A stretch of 64,000 nucleotides of DNA from an uncultured delta proteobacterium (GCA_963778115.1 CAVZSV010000004.1:1472001-1536000), one strand, 5' to 3'; positions 19,298 through 29,774 are shown, counted from the stretch's first letter. Numbers and translations: made by a program. Notes: generated by a model from the letters alone, not told the origin.

Positions 19298-19956
19298 CTA
19301 CAAACCTCCGTGTTGTTCTATTTCTACCACGGGTTTTTGGAGTGACTTTTTTTGCGGTATTTACGTCACTGCAACATGATTCGAATCATGTGAGGAGCCC
19401 AGGTGATTACCCAAAAAACAATCTCGTAGCGTCGAAGGAAACGAAGAGGAGCGTGGTTTATTTACCAGCGGACAAGTCATGACTCCCATAACCCGATTCT
19501 TTGACGAATCGTGTCAATCATAATTTGTCCGACGCATCCTGTTTTTTTTCTCTTTCTTCTCGGATTTTTGGGTTTGGGGCTTACGGTCCCTTTGGCGTTG
19601 GGGTGCGCAAGAGTTGTTTATTCAAGAACGTCTAACCTGTGCCGTCGCTCCGCTCAGGAAAAGTTTGTACCTTCCGACGCTGGTGCTTGGGTGATGACTA
19701 GTGCATGGACCTCGTTCTGTAATTTGAGACGGGCCTTCCTAGGAGTCCCTGCTTTCTTTTGTGCGAGGCCGTTATGAAGACGGAGGAGTGAGAAGATTGT
19801 TCTGTCGCTGGCGCTTTCGTTTTTTTTCTCTTTATTTTCGGATCTCGGACCGGGATTATTTTTTTGCCGCCGCCGCACCCTACCTCTGGGTTTCCCTCAA
19901 CGGTGTAATCGACCGCAAACGTCATTCGGAAAGAACCCGGGCAGTGGCTTCGTTAC

Positions 19957-20075
19957 TTTTGTCATTGCGAAGCCGAGCCGAAGCAACCTGTAAGTCATTG
20001 GGGCGGTGACTCAAAACACTCTAGCCAATTCCGATACGGTTTGCCACGTCGCTTCGCTTCTCGCAATGAGGAAAA
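19957..20075. repeat. Degenerate palindromic repeat element (GTCATTGCGA...TCGCAATGA type)
   Basis: Terminal inverted repeat TCATTGCGA/TCGCAATGA with inner GAAGCAACC / GGTTTGCCAC. Confidence 0.65.
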
Positions 20076-20182
20076 AGATTTCACTGTGCGAGGAGCAGGA
20101 GCAAAGAACTCGGAACCGCCATCCGGCTAAAGGATTAATCTCTCCGTCGCTTACTATGATAAAATCTCAATAGAGCCACCCC

Positions 20183-21556
20183 ATGCCCACCACCTCCTTC
20201 GACCCAACGGTCTTCGTTCTTCAAGAAACAGACGAGATGCGTCATCCTTACGAAGCGGCACTTCGGGTGGTCGGTTCTGAAATCCTTTGGTTTCATTCCG
20301 TGGGAGCTTTACTAGATGGGACGGTACGGCCGGAACCCATGGCTCTCATCGTAGATCTTGAGTGTCTTAGACAGCCTGTAGAGCCCGAGATAGAAAATCT
20401 AAGAGCTCAATTCCCCAGCACCGAACTCATTGCCCTTTCCGGTACCGACTCTTCTCAACTGGCATTGCAATGCATTCGATCCGGCTTTGGCGACTTTTTG
20501 CTTAAGCCCACCAGTCCGGAAGAGTTAGCTTACAGTATCCGCAAAGCTAGGCAGCGACGCGAATCCATACAAAAAATCCAAGACCCCAGGGCGGGTGTTG
20601 TTAGAGCTATTACACAGATTAACGGTTGCACCACACCGACTTTGGTTCGGCTTTATACGCTGGAATCGTTGCTCAAAACCACCGATGCCGTCGGAGCAGC
20701 TTGGCTTAGTTTGGATAAGAGGGGACCCGAGCTTACTCGAGTGCTCTGCTCGGTTCCTAAACGTACCGCGACATCCAAGATCGTATTTGATCTCCCTTTT
20801 GAGAAAATCAATTTTGGATCGCCCCGTCCCATAGCCCTAAGGCGTCGATCGACCGGACTGCGGAAGCTGTTACTTCCCTGCCGTGACTTTCCCACGGGGG
20901 CCCTTTTCCTTTGGGGAATCAAGGAAAAAATTACGACGAAAACGCTTTCGGCGGCAAAAGTGCTCACCGATCAGGCGGAGATGAGCCTGTTAAATATTCG
21001 AAAGTTTGATGAAGTAAAACAGCAGACGTTTGTCGACGATCTCACGGGGCTTTATAACTCAAGATATCTCAAATATGCCCTTACTAATTCCATCTTAAGA
21101 TGCAAAGCTCCCAACCAAACGTTTTCCGTTCTTTTCATCGATGTTGACCATTTTAAGAATATTAACGACAAGCATAGCCATCTCGTGGGAAGTGAATTTC
21201 TGGTGACGATCGGCAAGACGATCAAAAATGCCGTACGTAGAATTGACCCCGTCTTTCGTTACGGAGGAGATGAGTTTGTAGTCATTCTCAATGGAACCAG
21301 CACCGAAGGGGCGAAAGAGATAGCGGAACGAATTCGAAAAAATATAGAACGCAGGCTCTACGTGATCAAAGAACAACGGATTCAAACTACGGTGAGTATC
21401 GGTATTGCCACTTACCCCGAGCATGCTTCCGACATGGAAACGCTCCTTCGCCTAGCGGATGAAGCGATGTACAGCGTAAAGCGTGAAGCCAGAAACGCCG
21501 TTCATATCGCTCTAGACCCCTCTAAATTACCTCTGGTGGCTCGAAGTTCCCGCTAA
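20183..21556 (+). CDS. Response-regulator diguanylate cyclase (REC + GGDEF)
   Basis: REC IVDL..DFLLKP; DDLTGLYN; YGGDEF with intact RxxD I-site (RRID). Confidence 0.93.
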   Translation: MPTTSFDPTVFVLQETDEMRHPYEAALRVVGSEILWFHSVGALLDGTVRPEPMALIVDLECLRQPVEPEIENLRAQFPSTELIALSGTDSSQLALQCIRSGFGDFLLKPTSPEELAYSIRKARQRRESIQKIQDPRAGVVRAITQINGCTTPTLVRLYTLESLLKTTDAVGAAWLSLDKRGPELTRVLCSVPKRTATSKIVFDLPFEKINFGSPRPIALRRRSTGLRKLLLPCRDFPTGALFLWGIKEKITTKTLSAAKVLTDQAEMSLLNIRKFDEVKQQTFVDDLTGLYNSRYLKYALTNSILRCKAPNQTFSVLFIDVDHFKNINDKHSHLVGSEFLVTIGKTIKNAVRRIDPVFRYGGDEFVVILNGTSTEGAKEIAERIRKNIERRLYVIKEQRIQTTVSIGIATYPEHASDMETLLRLADEAMYSVKREARNAVHIALDPSKLPLVARSSR

Positions 21557-22257
21557 TAAAACCTTAGCCGCGGAATCGTAACAATGGCTTCCGCGATAAT
21601 GGAAGGACCCAATTTCGATTCCCCTCGAGTGCGATCCCTAAAGAGAATAGGGATCTCTTTCAGGCGAAGCCCCCCCCGATGAGCCAAATGTTTTAAAAGA
21701 ATCTGAAAACTATAACCTCTTACCTTAAGATCACACTTGAGAAAGGTTTCAACGGCACTAGCCCTCCAAGCAACATACCCGCCCGTGAGGTCCGAGAAGG
21801 GAATGCCCAAAACACAACGAGCATAAAGGTTTCCGCTTCGACTGAGGAATGTTCGGTACCACGGCCACCCTTCGGTTCTGCCGCCCTTCGCATAGCGGGT
21901 CCCCATAACCCCATCAAAGGTTTTTAGCGCTTCCAAAAACTCAGGAATTTGGTCGGGGTCATGCGAGAGATCGGCGTCCATTTCCACAAACATTTCAAAT
22001 TGGCGGTCTAACCCCCATTGAAATCCTTCTCGATACGCCTCCCCAAAACCCTTTTCGCTTTGATTCAAAAGATAAACAGAGCCAGAGTTCCGGCAAGCGA
22101 ACCCTTCCACGAGGGAAGCGGTCCCATCAGGAGAATGCTCGTCAACCACAAGGACTGCCAAATTGGTAATATGAAGCGCTAAAATTCGATCCAAAAGAAT
22201 AGCGATATTAGAGGCTTCATTAAGGGTGGGGATGACGACCAACGTTTTTGGATTCAT
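21553..22257 (-). CDS. Polyprenol-phosphate glycosyltransferase (GT2, DPM1-like)
   Basis: VIPTLNEASNI, VDEHSPDGT, MDADLSHDP, DLTGGY, GYSFQ, EIPILFRDR. Confidence 0.92.
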   Translation of the reverse strand: MNPKTLVVIPTLNEASNIAILLDRILALHITNLAVLVVDEHSPDGTASLVEGFACRNSGSVYLLNQSEKGFGEAYREGFQWGLDRQFEMFVEMDADLSHDPDQIPEFLEALKTFDGVMGTRYAKGGRTEGWPWYRTFLSRSGNLYARCVLGIPFSDLTGGYVAWRASAVETFLKCDLKVRGYSFQILLKHLAHRGGLRLKEIPILFRDRTRGESKLGPSIIAEAIVTIPRLRFY

Positions 22258-22334
22258 GTCGGAGGAAGAGAGAACGATGGCCTAGAATTCAATTCTTGCG
22301 GAGCCAGTGCCCTAAACTAGCCCCAAATTAGTAA

Positions 22335-22374
22335 GAAGAGCGCCTCCGCCGTCTAAAGGTCGGAGACGCTCTTC
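22335..22374 (-). terminator. Probable intrinsic terminator of the pilin gene
   Basis: 14-bp stem GAAGAGCGTCTCCG / CGGAGGCGCTCTTC (one G-U) about 50 nt after the pilin stop; weak U tail. Confidence 0.6.
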
Positions 22375-22423
22375 ATTACCGAATAAGGAAACCTGTTCCG
22401 CAGAACTTCTCTAAAGGAAACGT

Positions 22424-23014
22424 TTAATAAACGCCGTCGCTTACGTTCGCGAGAGTTCGGGTATTATCCATCGTCCAAACGTCAGCAGGGGCAGATGCGT
22501 TGTTTGAAACGTAGCCGCCAGACGCCCCTAAGAACGTGGCGCCAGTACTATCTGGTGCCACCGCAATGCACGCTTTCGTGTAGTTCGTACCGCCAATAAT
22601 CGCATAGGAATTGGCACCGTTGGAAACCGTTGCGGATACCGTGCTATAGGTCGGATAGGCCGTGTAGAGCGCGGTTGCGTTTCCTGAGTTAATCGGCGCA
22701 AGGCTTGTGGGCGCTGTAGAACAGTTAACTCCTCCGGGAAAGCCCGTCGAATAGGTTCGGCTTCCCTGAGTTCCATCCACGGTAAATCCAACTGCCGTAA
22801 TGTTGTTTCCATACACGCCATACTCGGAGAAGAATGCCGTCTCCGTCGTATAAAGGGCACCCAAAGCGACTTTGGCTTCCGATTTTTTCGATTTTTCAAT
22901 CATCTTTTGAAAAGTAGGAACGCCTATCGTAGCCAAAACTCCGATGATGGCGACGACTACAAGTAATTCAACCAAGGTAAAACCGGCGCGAGAGCGCAGG
23001 TAAAATCTTTTCAT
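22424..23014 (-). CDS. pilA: Type IVa pilin, likely the major pilin
   Basis: Class III signal G|FTLVELLVVVAIIGVLATIG, KSEAKVAL; AAGGAG RBS; two Cys; own terminator. Confidence 0.88.
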   Translation of the reverse strand: MKRFYLRSRAGFTLVELLVVVAIIGVLATIGVPTFQKMIEKSKKSEAKVALGALYTTETAFFSEYGVYGNNITAVGFTVDGTQGSRTYSTGFPGGVNCSTAPTSLAPINSGNATALYTAYPTYSTVSATVSNGANSYAIIGGTNYTKACIAVAPDSTGATFLGASGGYVSNNASAPADVWTMDNTRTLANVSDGVY

Positions 23015-23368
23015 AGAGAGATCTCCTTATTTGGTCCCGAAAGGTTATTATTCCCAATTACGATTTTTTTGAATGCTAAAGAAGTTCTGCGGATAAATAG
23101 ATAGTTATTAAATGGTAAACCTATTCGCATTCTTTTTCTATACAAAAATTGTGAAATCGCGCCGCTTCACAGTCGGCGGAAAGTCGGCCCACATAAGTTG
23201 CTAAAAGCTCACTAATATTCGTCAAATTTGCTAAACTAGCCACCAAAGGTGATACCCTCTTTTTAGGTTCGACAGAGAGTCGCTAGGCTCGCATTTTCAG
23301 CGCAATAATACTGAGCGTTGTCCTACTGCTTGGACCAAATCTAACTGGAGGCGTATCGGATTCCTTTC

Positions 23369-24214
23369 ATGAAACCTTTAGTGCAAACTATCAAGCGAAA
23401 CGGAAAGAAAAAGACTCAGGGATCCGACGCTTCTGGCACTGTGCTCTCTCAATTCTCGCTATTATTGCCCACCCTTAACGAAAGAGAAAATATTGAGCCT
23501 CAGATTAGAGCGATATTACGAGCGCTGCCCTCCATACATCAGATTTTAGTACTGGATGACCGCTCTACCGACGGAACTCCCCAAGCGGTGAAATCAGAAT
23601 TTCGAAAGGAAATACGATCCAAGAAAATTATCGTTATCGAGCGCAAGAAAAATTTTGGTCTCGCCAAAAGTCTTAAAGAAGGGGTCGATCGGTCGGAGAC
23701 TAAATTTATAGGCTGGATGGATTGCGATCTCTCCATGCCACCGGGACTCTTCCTTAAGATGCTTCTTCTAGTCGCAAAAGATTATGATGTCTGCATAGGC
23801 ACCCGATTTGGAGAAGGCGGCAAACAAAAAAAACTTAGCCATAGCCAACGCGATTCGAAAGTAGAGATCCTTCTTTCTAACGTTCTCAATGCGGTACTAA
23901 AGCGTTTTTGTCCGTTACCCATTACCGACTTTACCAGCGGATTTTTGGTCGGGCGAAGAGAGGTCTTGAAGAAAGCGCCGTGGAGGGGAACCCACGGAGA
24001 GTATTTTATCGAGCTCATGTTTCATCTCGCCGAATCGAAAGCCAAGCTAACGGAGATTCCCTACGAAATAGGAACGAGAGAGTTCGGAGACTCTAAGACC
24101 TTCGGAACGTTAACCGCTTCGTTGGTCAATTCTTTTAGATATACCCAGGTAACCCTAAGGTCCATCGGCCGGGCCCTTCTCAAAAGCTCCGCGCGAAGAT
24201 ATAAAGAAGATTAA
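23369..24214 (+). CDS. GT2 glycosyltransferase (DPM1-like)
   Basis: LPTLNERENI, DDRSTDGT, MDCDLS, DFTSGF. Confidence 0.9.
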   Translation: MKPLVQTIKRNGKKKTQGSDASGTVLSQFSLLLPTLNERENIEPQIRAILRALPSIHQILVLDDRSTDGTPQAVKSEFRKEIRSKKIIVIERKKNFGLAKSLKEGVDRSETKFIGWMDCDLSMPPGLFLKMLLLVAKDYDVCIGTRFGEGGKQKKLSHSQRDSKVEILLSNVLNAVLKRFCPLPITDFTSGFLVGRREVLKKAPWRGTHGEYFIELMFHLAESKAKLTEIPYEIGTREFGDSKTFGTLTASLVNSFRYTQVTLRSIGRALLKSSARRYKED

Positions 24215-24935
24215 AATCATTAACGCGAGCCTCGCGGGCTTCGAATGCGGTGAACACGTTACGTAATTCGAACCCCGCTTCTTGAGCCAGCCTAATAAGT
24301 TCATGGGGAGTGTCGTATAACAAGTGCTTTTCCTCAAAACGAGCTTCCGTGGACAGATTATCCAAGAACCGATAGCGAACCTCCATCGTCTGACGGAGCC
24401 AATCGCAATGAGCGTCGGTTATGCGGGTCCACTCGGCCCCCTCGAATCTTATCTTTTTCTTCTTGGAAGTCTCGCTCAATAAAGGAACCGCGATTCCGTT
24501 CCAACATTCGATAAAGAGTAACCCCTTTGGTTTAAGACGTTGATAAAATTTTCGAAAAAGGTCCCGCGTTGATTCTTTTGACTCTAGGTAGTTAACAACT
24601 GCGAAAAGCATCATTATCGCGTCCCAGTTACCGTCAGAAGGAAGTTTTGAAACAAGCTTTACAGAAAGTTTTGTTTTGAGCGCTTTCTTTTGGCAGCACT
24701 CCAACATTCCCTTGGAACTATCAATCCCGGTCATTTCGTAACCCAATTCAGCAAAACGAAGCAGATGGTTGCCAGTGCCACAGCCAAAATCTAAGAGCCG
24801 TCCATGGCTAATTCCGTAATCCGTCAGAAGTTTGGCAAGAAAACTAACCTCCCCGGCATAATCTTTGTCCTTGTACAGAGCGTCATAAAAGGACGAATAC
24901 CTATCTCCAAAGGAAGTTACTCTCGACTCTGTCAT
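24180..24935 (-). CDS. Class I SAM-dependent methyltransferase (sugar methyltransferase-like)
   Basis: YDALYKDKDY, LDFGCGTGNH, GIDSS..ML. Confidence 0.9.
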   Translation of the reverse strand: MTESRVTSFGDRYSSFYDALYKDKDYAGEVSFLAKLLTDYGISHGRLLDFGCGTGNHLLRFAELGYEMTGIDSSKGMLECCQKKALKTKLSVKLVSKLPSDGNWDAIMMLFAVVNYLESKESTRDLFRKFYQRLKPKGLLFIECWNGIAVPLLSETSKKKKIRFEGAEWTRITDAHCDWLRQTMEVRYRFLDNLSTEARFEEKHLLYDTPHELIRLAQEAGFELRNVFTAFEAREARVNDFNLLYIFARSF

Positions 24936-26671
24936 TGTCCCGTCCTCGCCAATAGCAATTCTAAATTTCTTTTCGAAAGGTGCTTACACCGCTCCGGAGA
25001 TCGCTCAATTTGATCAATTAAGGCTTTTTCAAAAGGCGAGGTCGCGCCGGAAACATCTTCCATCTTTTTAGCTCGCCTCATGAGTAAAAGTGCAGTGTCG
25101 CACTCCCCGTGGGCCATTTCGTATTGGGCCATCTGAATTTCGTAAAAGTTCGCATCGCGGCGATCGGTCACCCACTTCATCATCGAAACAAAAGCCCCTT
25201 CGGCTTCTTCCACAGTGCCGTATTTTTTTTCGTAGTCCATCTCCCCTTTAGCTAAATCCCAGTCTACCGTGGCGAGCCCACGCCATCTTTCCCCTCGGCT
25301 ATGCGCTTCATCGAGAGCCCGGCGCGCCTCCTTCTGGATAGCAGGAGTATTGCCTTCCTCGGAAAGAGCGGCCTCATATAAGAGCCAGTTCGCATAGTAG
25401 TCCGGAGCCCGTTCAACCTCCGCCCGCGTAAAGCTAATGCGATCCAGACAGTCAAAGAGACGCGTCTCCAGACCGATAACGGAAAAGAACACGAAAACCC
25501 CGTAAACTGACCACCACAACGCACGCGGATACCGCGCATACCGATTCAATAGTTTCCATACGGCCAGTGCCAACAGCATCATCAAACCAATGGAAGCAAA
25601 ATACAGATAATGCTCGGATCCTACATTCGCATTGGGCACTATCAGATAAAGCCAATAGGCACCCGCTACGGCCCCCCAAGTGCGGGGCCAACCTTTCTTG
25701 CTTACGAGAAACAGAGACATCATCAGGGTGAGCACGACGATTGCCAGATGTGCAACGAGCGGAAAGGAATAACCAATATCCAGACGATAAACTAGGGGCG
25801 TTGCGGTGGGTGACGAAATGGAAAAAAACTTAAGAACCGATTCCAGAATCGCTCTTGAAGCGAGTCGAACTTGAACCACCAACGGAACCGCATTCGCGCC
25901 TACTGTATTTCGGTAGGTGTAGTGAATATCGTGCCCATCTCTCACAAGCATTTTGTAAAGAAGACTTGCCCAAATCACTTCAACTGCCAGCAACGGAGCG
26001 ACGAAGGACCTAACCGTTTTTTTAAGATCGAAACGATTTTCTGGAATACCGTAAAAAAGAATAAGAAGAGGTGGGAGGAGAACCGCGAAGACCTCCTTTG
26101 AGTATTGAGAGAGCCCCAAACAAAGAAAAATTGCGCCTAAGTAAGTAAAACGCCGAACGCCTCGAAAAGATCCGGCTGCTAAATACTGTGTCAGTAAAAG
26201 GGAAAGGCTCGCAAACAAAGCCGCTAAAATATCCCCCCGAAATTGGCCTATTTCGAGAGCTTCGGATAAAACCGGAAGTGTTAAAAAAGCAAATACGACT
26301 GCCAAATAAAAACCTTGAGGAACCTCCGTCTTAGTTCTTCGTCCCCATTGGAGAAGATTGGCATACCAAACGAGCCCCGTTAGCAGATGAAGCAGTAACG
26401 AAAGGACATGCTGCCCGTAAACCTGGCCGTGCGCCATCCAGTAACCGAAGGCCAAGAAGAAATTAGTTACCGGCTTACTTGGCTGCAAGACAAAGAAAAA
26501 ACAATCCACAAACCGCTTCACTTTACCTAAATCAGGATTGGTCAAAATAAAAGTTACGTCATCGAATAGAAAATCATGGCTAGCAAGCAGCGGAAAAAAC
26601 AAAAGCGCGGCGAGGCCAAAGACTAGAACAAGCGGGATACCACGCTTTATCTGTCGGGACGAAAGGTTCAT
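24932..26671 (-). CDS. GT-C fold membrane glycosyltransferase, TMTC-like, with helical C-terminal domain
   Basis: FLFDD..I..NP loop, E....RGDIL, SKE, EHYLY; about 11 TM; start moved to ATG 26671. Confidence 0.75.
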   Translation of the reverse strand: MNLSSRQIKRGIPLVLVFGLAALLFFPLLASHDFLFDDVTFILTNPDLGKVKRFVDCFFFVLQPSKPVTNFFLAFGYWMAHGQVYGQHVLSLLLHLLTGLVWYANLLQWGRRTKTEVPQGFYLAVVFAFLTLPVLSEALEIGQFRGDILAALFASLSLLLTQYLAAGSFRGVRRFTYLGAIFLCLGLSQYSKEVFAVLLPPLLILFYGIPENRFDLKKTVRSFVAPLLAVEVIWASLLYKMLVRDGHDIHYTYRNTVGANAVPLVVQVRLASRAILESVLKFFSISSPTATPLVYRLDIGYSFPLVAHLAIVVLTLMMSLFLVSKKGWPRTWGAVAGAYWLYLIVPNANVGSEHYLYFASIGLMMLLALAVWKLLNRYARYPRALWWSVYGVFVFFSVIGLETRLFDCLDRISFTRAEVERAPDYYANWLLYEAALSEEGNTPAIQKEARRALDEAHSRGERWRGLATVDWDLAKGEMDYEKKYGTVEEAEGAFVSMMKWVTDRRDANFYEIQMAQYEMAHGECDTALLLMRRAKKMEDVSGATSPFEKALIDQIERSPERCKHLSKRNLELLLARTGQ

Positions 26672-26844
26672 GGTCGGCCTTTGCGAAGTAACGAAGAACC
26701 CCCCCATGGTAGCACAAAAGGGGGATGGCAAGAGCTTTCGCAATCCCGGGAGATAGCGCTTGGCGCCAAAACTTTTAAAAACGCAGGCAGAGATTCGTTC
26801 CTTGCCAGTACCGGCGCAGTTTGTTAAATAAATCACTCCATTAG

Positions 26845-26917
26845 GGGCCGGTAGCTCAGCTGGGAGAGCATCAGGCTGGCAGTCTGAGGGTCGTGGGTTC
26901 GATCCCCATCCGGTCCA
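26845..26917 (+). tRNA. tRNA-Ala (GGC); CCA not encoded
   Basis: Acceptor GGGCCGG/CCGGTCC with G3:U70, D arm TAGCTCAGCTGGGAGAGC, anticodon loop CTGGCAG, T loop GTTCGAT, discriminator A. Confidence 0.97.
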
Positions 26918-27127
26918 TTACCTTTCACCGAAGGCGAAAGGCTCGTTATTAATCTCAAGATCAAGATTAATCTTTAGCTAACCTAAATCCTCGAAGCGGA
27001 TTTAAGAAACCGGTATAGCCGGTCTATCGCTCTGATGTACCCGCCACCTTTTCGGCCGAAAAATGATTAAGACCCAAATGCGTATTCTCAATGAGATCGG
27101 GAACGTGTATTGCATAACTATGCAAGC

Positions 27128-27718
27128 ATGAAATGGCGAGCCTTACCGATCCTAATAATTTGTCTCTTCTCTTTTCACCTGCGAGCAGATGAAGCATCGA
27201 GACCAGCCTCCCATGAAGAGGAGGAATTCTCCAGAGCGTCGGTTCGAACCCATCAATTTGGAAATGAAATGCTTTCCCTGCTCACCCAGTCGGATCGCGC
27301 GCAGATTCAGAAAGTGGAAGAAATTCGAAGCGCTGCTTGGAAAAAGGTTCAAAAAAAAATGGAAAGTGAGCCCGTAAAACCACACGATACCGAATATGAA
27401 GCTTACCAAAAGACCAAAGTCCAATCGATGAAAGTGATGCAGTCCGTTTATAGGGCGGCTCTGGAACGAGGGGGATACCATATTCGCGCGGAACGCTTAC
27501 ACGAAAGCGATTGTGAATACCATGCTCTTGTCGAACGCAACGGCCACTATTTCTTTCTAGAGGCTGACGCCTCTCTTTCGGCATGGGAGGTAGATCCTTC
27601 TGAGACTATTCTCGGCGCCGGATCGCCAAGCAGATTAGGCGCTGACTTCGATACTCACGGCCGGGGGCTTCCCCAACCGGAGCGACAACAGCCTTTAGAG
27701 GCAGGGGAAGTGAACTAG
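27128..27718 (+). CDS. Hypothetical exported protein
   Basis: Signal peptide MKWRALPILIICLFSFHLRA; helical body. Confidence 0.7.
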   Translation: MKWRALPILIICLFSFHLRADEASRPASHEEEEFSRASVRTHQFGNEMLSLLTQSDRAQIQKVEEIRSAAWKKVQKKMESEPVKPHDTEYEAYQKTKVQSMKVMQSVYRAALERGGYHIRAERLHESDCEYHALVERNGHYFFLEADASLSAWEVDPSETILGAGSPSRLGADFDTHGRGLPQPERQQPLEAGEVN

Positions 27719-27832
27719 AAAATATCTAAACTCCTCGCTTCGAAGCATACCTAAAGAGCACCGACGCCCCGTTTACCGATATCCCGCACGAGAACCAATA
27801 ACTCCCCCGTTAGTCCTAAACAAAACTGTCTA

Positions 27833-28546
27833 TTAGCTCGTAATCTCCCAGTCTATCGGAGCCTGCCCCATCTTCTCAAGCAACGCATTCGAGCGGCTAA
27901 AGGGACGGCTGCCGAAGAAACCATTGTGGGCGGATAGCGGAGACGGATGGGCTGACTCCAAAATCTTGTGACTTTTATTAGTGATCAACTTCTTCTTCGC
28001 CCTTGCATAAGCTCCCCAAAGGATAAAAATAACTGGTTCGGATCGCTCATTGAGAAGCGAAATAACTCGGTCGGTAAAACGCTCCCAACCCCGTTCTTTA
28101 TGGGAATAAGGCTGTCCCATGCGAACCGTCAAAACCGTGTTTAAAAGGAGCACACCTTGAGAAACCCAGTGGCTCAGCTCGGACTGAGTGAAGTCTACTT
28201 TCTTGCCAATATCGGTCTCAATCTCCTTAAAGATGTTAATCAAACTTGGGGGCTTTCGTTTAAGCGCGTTGGGTACGGCAAAACACCAGCCGACTGCCTG
28301 GCCTTCGCCGTGGTAGGGATCTTGACCTAAGATCACAACTCGAACGTCGTCGTAATCCACGGCTCGTAATGCTCTAAGCACCGCGCCCCGAGAAGGGAAA
28401 ATTTTGGCTTTGGATTGATACTCCGCTCGAAGAAAACTACTTAGCTTCTTAAAATAATCTTTCGAAGATTCCCCGGCGAGATGGCTCCGCCAACGGGGAG
28501 GAAGATTCTGCGGAAACCGGGGTGAAGAGAATTGGGTGTTTTGCAT
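27833..28546 (-). CDS. ung: Uracil-DNA glycosylase, family 1
   Basis: GQDPYH, PPSLINI, GVLLLNTVLTV, HPSPLS. Confidence 0.97.
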   Translation of the reverse strand: MQNTQFSSPRFPQNLPPRWRSHLAGESSKDYFKKLSSFLRAEYQSKAKIFPSRGAVLRALRAVDYDDVRVVILGQDPYHGEGQAVGWCFAVPNALKRKPPSLINIFKEIETDIGKKVDFTQSELSHWVSQGVLLLNTVLTVRMGQPYSHKERGWERFTDRVISLLNERSEPVIFILWGAYARAKKKLITNKSHKILESAHPSPLSAHNGFFGSRPFSRSNALLEKMGQAPIDWEITS

Positions 28547-28610
28547 CGCCTTATTTAGCTCGGAAATTTCAGGACTGTCAAAAGGGGGGCGGGAGTGAAG
28601 GAGAAGAATT

Positions 28611-29774
28611 TCACGCGGCTTCTTTTTGTCGATGTCCTACTGAAAACGCTTTCACCGCATCGATGACTCTCTGTTGAAGATCGTCGGTAAGCTCATTAAA
28701 AAAGGGAAGCCTTACTAACTGCTTGCTCGCCCTCTCGGCCACAGGACAGTCCCCAGCACGTCCCCCCCATTTTATCCCCATGGGCGAAGCGTTCAGCGCT
28801 TGGTAATGAAAAACACAACTTATCCGTTTCGACTTCATATGCTCGATAAAGCGGTCCCTCTCTAACCCACTTGGTAGAACGATGAAAAACATATGATACG
28901 AAGGTTCACACTTGGACGGAACGTGCGGTAACTGAACGTGGTTTAACACACTCCACGAGTGAAGCTCTTTGGCATACTTGGTCCAGATATCCATTCTCTT
29001 TTTTTGAATCGTTTGATGGCTTTCCAGTTGGGCTAGCAAAAACGCCGCCAGAAAATCAGAGGGCGAGAGGCTTAACCCCACATCGACCCAAGTATAGCTA
29101 TCCACTTCACCTTTCAGGAATTTCTCGCGATTGGTCCCTTTGTCGCGCAGGATCTCAGCCCCCTGCAACAGGCTTGCGTCATTGAGAATGAGCGCTCCCC
29201 CTTCGCCGCAGGAGACGTTCTTGGTCTCATGAAAGCTCAGGGCTGCTAGCCCCCCAAAACTTCCCAACGGCTTCGAATCATAGCTGCCAAAAAGACCGTG
29301 GGCGTTATCCTCGACGATGGCAATCTTATGGGCTCTGGCTACCTTTAGGATGCAATCCATCTCGGCACCTATTCCCCCATAGTGAACGGGAACGATAGCC
29401 TTAGTTTTCTTTGAGATCTTCTTTTCGAGCTGATGTTCATCAAGGTTGTAAGTATCCGGACGAACATCAACAAAGAGGGGTCTTGCCCCCCGAAGAACGA
29501 AGGCATTTGCGGTGGAGACATAAGTGAAAGCAGGAACGATAACTTCGTCTCCGGGTTTGATCCCTAGTAAGAGGGCCGCCGCTTCCAAAGCCTGGGTGCA
29601 AGACGTGGCTAGAATCGCTCGCTTGGCTAACATCTGCTTTTCCAAAAAGGCTTCACACCGCTTAGCAAAAGGTCCATTTCCTGCTAACCAGCCGTTTTGG
29701 ACTGCTTGCTGAAGGTAGTTGAGCTCTTTCCCTGAGAGCCACGGAGAATTGAACGGAATCCAATCCGGTAGCAT
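28611..29774 (-). CDS. rffA: dTDP-4-amino-4,6-dideoxygalactose transaminase (WecE/RffA-type)
   Basis: SCTQALE, VEDNAHG, SFHETKN, KGTNR..F..G.VD.YTWVD.G. Confidence 0.9.
   Translation of the reverse strand: MLPDWIPFNSPWLSGKELNYLQQAVQNGWLAGNGPFAKRCEAFLEKQMLAKRAILATSCTQALEAAALLLGIKPGDEVIVPAFTYVSTANAFVLRGARPLFVDVRPDTYNLDEHQLEKKISKKTKAIVPVHYGGIGAEMDCILKVARAHKIAIVEDNAHGLFGSYDSKPLGSFGGLAALSFHETKNVSCGEGGALILNDASLLQGAEILRDKGTNREKFLKGEVDSYTWVDVGLSLSPSDFLAAFLLAQLESHQTIQKKRMDIWTKYAKELHSWSVLNHVQLPHVPSKCEPSYHMFFIVLPSGLERDRFIEHMKSKRISCVFHYQALNASPMGIKWGGRAGDCPVAERASKQLVRLPFFNELTDDLQQRVIDAVKAFSVGHRQKEAA

Noticed and set aside
19511..20009. Several short overlapping ORFs on both strands
   Set aside because: No family motifs or RBS, mutually overlapping; treated as non-coding
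23015..23368. Sigma-54 promoter for pilA
   Set aside because: The GG/GC pairs found do not have the required 10-nt spacing
26845..27718. tRNA-Ala as an integration site of an island or prophage
   Set aside because: No integrase, and no duplicated tRNA 3' end was noticed in the window
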